A DNA stretch of 64,000 bases from assembly GCA_964016885.1 (NCBI GenBank), contig OZ024742.1, positions 131,254,001 through 131,318,000 of the forward strand. The letters run 5' to 3'. The position numbers and the translations under genes are program-made. Origin of the DNA: Eledone cirrhosa (Eukaryota). The notes under the pieces were generated by a model. The model searched no databases. It saw only the letters and a list, made by a program, of their open reading frames with translations, and was not told the DNA's origin. How positions within the stretch are numbered: position 1 is the stretch's first letter; every line of letters begins with the position of its first letter. Below are positions 58,213-64,000 of the stretch, piece by piece.

Positions 58213-58653
58213 ACATATACATCTTTAACGTATTTGCGTTTCCCAAATATAATTATATATATACATATATATATATATATAAAACATGAGAAGAATTAAC
58301 ACTGCGTGGTTGCACATGGGTTACATATGATAAAAATAGTCCTTCATCACTGATTTTCAACTTTCATTGGTATTTCATCGCTTTAAAAATCATATACCTC
58401 CAGTTGGTGCGAGCAATAGCTAAATAAAGCTATTGGGACAAGTAAATCGCGTAAAGCGAGCGAGAGAAGTAAACAAACATAGAAGGATAGCAACGCAAAG
58501 ATAGGAAAAAACAAGTACATGGGAGTCCGATCAGCTTAAACTGTGTGGATTTCATGGGCGAGAGAGACACACATATATATATATATATATAAAACAGTTC
58601 GCCATACCGAGAACAATTCTTCTCGTTATGGTGAACTAACTGTTGTGTTACCA

Positions 58654-58696
<43 letters not shown>

Positions 58697-58700
<4 letters not shown>

Positions 58701-59133
58701 GATATTAACAAATGGAAACTATATTTCTAAAACCATATTTATTTCATTATACATATTTCAAAGACACCAAATTAAATTATGGTGTGCTTTCATCAGATAA
58801 AATATAACATAGAGCAGTTTTATAAATAAATATTGACATACCCTTAAATAATGCAACCATTACTGTTGGAAGCTCCCGGATAGTAATGGTTGCATTCTTT
58901 AAGGGTATGTCAATATTTATTTATAAAACTGATCTATATTATATTTTATCTCATGAAAGCACACCATAATTTAACTTGGTGTCCTTGAAATATGTATAAT
59001 GAAATAAATATGGTTTTATAAATATAGTTTCCATTTGTTAATATCGTATTTTTACTCCAAATATTTGTTGAGTGCTTTATATCAGTTATAAAAATATTTT
59101 CTTGTTGTATCCCAACAATTTAAATAGAACTCT

Positions 59134-59136
<3 letters not shown>
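58697..59136 (+). mobile_element. PLE-type 3' end with ~168-bp fold-back containing a hammerhead
   Basis: Arms 58697-58864 / 58882-59049; intact CTGATGA-AAGCACACCA...TGGTGTCTTT-GAAAT on the minus strand (58756-58796), CTCATGA in the plus-strand arm. Confidence 0.8.
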
Positions 59137-59213
<77 letters not shown>

Positions 59214-60074
59214 GATAGATAGATATAGATAAATCGATAGACATATAATTAAATATGTGAATAGAAAGACAGACAAACAGAGACATAGATGTTTCGAAAC
59301 AGATTGTTATGTAGAACCAAATACATTTAATCTTAGGAATAAAAGGCTCTATTGCTTCAGCGTTACAAGAAATTGTACATATCCACGGGCACCCATTTAC
59401 AAACACACGATGGGGTGAATGCTCAAGGTGACAAGTGCCAGTCGCTCCTAAGCATAATGTCAAGGTACTCGCTGTGTTTCGAATGAGATAGGATCTGATT
59501 ACTCGTAGTTAATGCTGTCCACTTTTTGCGGTCTCTAAGGATAACCCTCTTAACTATTATTTATGGCTATGGACTGTTATTACCATTATTTTTTGCGTTT
59601 GGGACTCTCACATTATCAAATTTTGAAACATACACACAAACACATGAACACACAAAAACACAAGCACACACAAGCACACACACACACACACTCACACAAA
59701 CGCACACACACATACAAACACATGCATACACGCAAAAACACAAACGCATACATATACAGTTTACCCTAGAAATCACGGTCCCGACATTCGCGGAATTTCC
59801 CTTAGAACTAAACTAGTAATTGTTCGTGGAATCCACCGCATATTAGCGGAATTTTATGCGTTTTCCGTGGCAATATATATATTTTTAACACTAAATTATT
59901 AATAAAAATATACCGTATTTGCCCGCCTATTAGACGCCTCTGCGCATAACACGCTCACTCTTTTTTTAAATTATATTTTACATTATATTTTGAAGGCTAT
60001 AGAAATGTTTATGAACCACGTCCAATATTCGTGGTGTTTCACTCTTCGCATGTGTTCTTGACGTTATAGTGGTG

Positions 60075-60245
60075 TCATTCTACTCGGTATGGACACACTG
60101 GAAGAGGAAGACCCAGGTTGACATATGTTGATGCCTTAAGGACAGACACTGGTGTCATGGAGACGCAGGACATGGCAGAGATGATGAGGGTCAGAGACCG
60201 CTGGAGAGAACTCGTCCATGGACTCGGGAATTTTACCCACTCTAA
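60075..60245 (+). mobile_element. RTE-clade LINE 3' end
   Basis: GRGRPRLTYVDALRTDTG...RDRWRELVH. Confidence 0.8.
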
Positions 60246-60716
60246 ATATATAGATGTGCTCTTGGAACGTACCTCCGCAAATACCGGGGATACTGTATAT
60301 CCCATCAATGGACCCTAAACTCCTGACAGAGTTGTTGCTGCGCAGTAGTGATTAGACCTGTCCCAACCCTTCTCTTTTCTGGTTTGAGTTGTATGTAACA
60401 ATCACCATTCCTGCATCTTCTATAATATATATCGTATGAAAATACTATATTATTTGTACTGTGAATCTCAGGAAAATATGGCAGCTATGTTTAGACAGCT
60501 TATTAAGAATCGATTTCATTTTCTCTCATCATATTTATAAAATTTTAACAATTGTTTCTCCATGTTTTGGGTACTTAACTTTTCGTTATAGCAATCTGAA
60601 AAAAATAATTTAGTTAGGGAACAAAACTAGAATGAAATAATATGTATGTATACATATATAACATACATACATACCTTCATAGCTACTTACATACATACGA
60701 ACAAACATTCATACAA

Positions 60717-60885
<169 letters not shown>

Positions 60886-61549
60886 TATACATGCATATAT
60901 ATATATGCATGTAAAAGATAAACGGAAATAACAACACAATCGGTACAGTATATGGAAGGAATATATTAGGTTAACGCTTGATATAGCAGAAATGTATATA
61001 TATTGCACGTACGCGCGACGTACTTTTGTCTGCTTTAACGCTAATATCAGTTAAAAGACAAATAACTTGGCGGTTCAACAAATACGTACCGATAAAGTAA
61101 GTACAGAGGTCAATATGGTCGACAAAACTCTTCGAAGCCTTCCATCGGCTTGACCATCGGCTTGACCATCGGCCTGGCCATAGTTCATCGAACAAGACAC
61201 TTGACTTCACAATGCTCCAGTCTACTCAGCTCACACAAACGAGTTTTACCTGTAAATCGAGGGGCGGGGTCAGCATTGTCACATGGAACTACGATAAAGA
61301 AACAGGTGTCTGTGGAAGCCTCATCCTTCCAAAGCACTTTAATTTCACGAGCAGGTTGTTCTGTTGCTCGAAGAACTGAGACAATGGTCGTCGGATCCGA
61401 AGGAGGTGCAATAACAACTTGGTGATGAACAAATAATTTTTCTTTACAAAAAAATTCATAAAAATGAATAAGCAAATGAAGAATAGAAGAAAAAGAAAAC
61501 AAATAAAATTAAAGAAATTAAACAACGAAATGAAGGGAAGAGGGGGAAG

Positions 61550-61850
61550 GGAGTGACAGATTTTACATTCCAGTCTGAGCGGTATCTCTCAGCTGTGTCC
61601 TGCAGACAAAATGGTGAAGGCATTGCTACGGAGAACGGTCAGCGGCACCCACTACAACAGCCACTCTGCCTCACGGGGTTCATTCTTTAGGTGGGCTGCT
61701 ATTTTTCCGATTTTGTGAAGTATGATGGAAGTTCGACGACCTAGAACAGCTGAAGTCTTACGGCAACCTGCGTGATATCTGACAATTTCCTCTACTCTGC
61801 AAACCGGGCTGCAGCGCCTGATTTGGCAGCCGACTATATTCTTGTAATAT
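61550..61850 (-). mobile_element. CRE-clade 3' fragment
   Basis: SGAAARFAE*RK...VAV/TSAVLG...EPREAEWLL*WVPLTVLRSNAFTILSAG. Confidence 0.75.
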
Positions 61851-63399
61851 ATTCTGGTGTATGGAAATGATGTTCATAATATAAATTACTATTTTACTGA
61901 TTGCATTTACGAGTACCAATGGGCAGTTGGTACATATTAGGTCTATAATGTAAGCTATCCACCATTAAGTTTCAATTTTTGTAAGTTGCTGTTTCCCCAA
62001 GACATCACGTGGTAAATTATTGGTGGGAAACATTAGTTTTCCGGTCATGATTCGTATTTTCTGATACCAACAGTTGAATGGGCCGTCTATCAGTTCAGTT
62101 GCTTGATCATGTAATTAACGTGTAAGTCTCTGATCCTTCCACAGACCCTGTGAATGACAGGTAAAGGCCATCCATCGGGTTTCCAAACACTTTCTGTATA
62201 CATAATTTCACCCGAACTCACTCAGAAGGCATGCGTCGAACCCACGTCTTAAAGATTGTGAAGTGAACTTTGTAACCATTCGGCCAAACGTCGTCCAATA
62301 ACAATAGTGCTATGAATGATAACAACATCCAACGATGGTACTTATATATATAATTTTTTTTTTACTACAGAAGTTTCAACTTTCACTCCAGAACTATCAA
62401 CGATACGATTTGTTAGTTCGCTAATTTACTCTTACAAATATTCAAGAGAAACATTGAGTGAAGTCGATAATTGTTCTAGCAGTAGTAAATGTAAAATGTG
62501 AGAAAATATTATAGATTATTCATGCAGCTATTATTGAAGTTTTAATATTTATGAACAGTTAGTAGGTTCTGTTAAAAGAAATCGGCGTCTTTCAAAGTAA
62601 ACCTTCATTGATTTTTTCACGTATGATTATAAAGATAAAAGTGATACGAAAAGCTATAAATTTTGTTCTATAATGGAACACAGGCTTTCATTATATCGTT
62701 AGCCGGCGAATGTTGAAGCCCAGATAAACTTAGGTAATTGTCATAAATCATCGCCTGTGAACTGTTGCTATTTAAAACCGAAAAACTTGAATCCAGCATA
62801 TTTATATGAGGCTTCATTCTAAATTATTCTTCTTTCTTATTTTTGGAATAAGTTGCTGTATAGAGACATACTTCTGCAAATAACTGCTTATTACAGAATT
62901 CCTATGATAATATTAGCTCACGGAGAATGGCTTTCACATTTTATATTTTGCCTTTTCGGAGTGACACATGACTTATATTATTAGTTTCTTCATTCAATTG
63001 AGTTCAAATCTAGTAAATATATATGACTAATACTTTGGGGTTCTATTGAGGTATTTTCATCAAGGGAGTCTGCACGTAGTTTGGTATATTGATGTAAACT
63101 TCATCACAAATACATAACTTCATTTGACAAGTGAATGGATCTCTTGAAGTGAGGAAAAATTCTAAATTACTTTAAAGTACGAATGAATAGATAGTACAGC
63201 TTGGAAGAGTGATCGATAACAGTCGGAGCACGTGTACAGGGTAGAAGGTGATGATGACGGTCTTTATAAACCATGATTTGAAACCTTTCATTGTGTTTCT
63301 CATGTCATATTCAAGTTCCTATATAAAGTGTATACAGACTTCAAGTGAAAAGCTGCTATATTCCCGACTTGTATTTACAAAAAGGTACGATTCATGTCA

Positions 63400-63447
<48 letters not shown>

Positions 63448-63500
63448 CACACACACACACACACACACAGACACATACACACACATACACACACAAACAC

Positions 63501-63588
<88 letters not shown>

Positions 63589-63653
63589 GTAGGACACTCA
63601 GTCCATGGGACGAGTTAGGTAGAAGTGGTTACACAACAGTTAGTTCCACATAC

Positions 63654-63691
63654 CGAGAACAATTGTTTCACCTTAGCGGATCCTCAGCTCG
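63654..63691 (-). ncRNA. Minimal type I hammerhead in a PLE-type 3' end (element begins at the TA tract ~63586)
   Basis: CGAG-CTGAGGA-tccgctaaggt-GAAAC-AATT-GTT-CTCG with palindromic stem III; related hairpin fragment at 58591-58657. Confidence 0.65.
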
Positions 63692-64000
63692 TAATGGGCA
63701 TGGTTATACGGAACAGGAAGGACAACCATACGAACGCGCTACGCAGAAACCGGTCATTTCACACAGGTAATACTAAAATGCGTGCGAGAGGTTTAAGGGA
63801 GATAACTGCGAAAGTTCGAAAAGTTTTTAGTTGATAAGAAAATGATGATGTTGTTACAATAAATTCAATCCGAAGCTTTGTAGTTATGTAATAGGTGTTT
63901 CGAGACGTGTGGACAACGTGTGAAAAATTCATTTCTCGTGTTTAGGCAATCACTTTTGTATAATCTCTTTAGAATATTCTGTGTGAAGTGACCGGTTTCT

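Noticed and set aside
59911-59955. pogo/Tigger-like terminus TACCGTATTTGCCCGCCTATTAGACGC
   Set aside because: No partner TIR or transposase found; too short to call

Overview
AT-rich, repeat-saturated eukaryotic DNA with no intact protein-coding gene I can confirm. The SINE family, LINE complement and (TA)n/(CA)n/(TATG)n load suggest a coleoid cephalopod, probably Octopus (inference, not a database result). Nearly all long ORFs in the track are microsatellite artefacts. Recognisable content: a 5.9-kb (GGT)n-derived array; ~25 copies of one tRNA-derived SINE plus a second SINE family; decayed Tx1/L1, CRE, R4/Dong, RTE and Penelope-like (PLE) retrotransposons; and Chapaev3-like and mariner transposase remnants. 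The standout signal is about 15 inverted duplications (arms ~15-340 bp) in or next to (TA)n tracts. One class consists of asymmetric fold-backs of mutually unrelated PLE-type 3' ends. These carry type I hammerhead ribozyme motifs with palindromic stem III, fold at or near the ribozyme core, and have a short arm that stops at TA microhomology. A second class is centred on the TA/low-complexity tract itself and also copies flanking DNA. A few weak minus-strand exon candidates hint at a host gene. Coordinates were read by eye, so boundaries are approximate.
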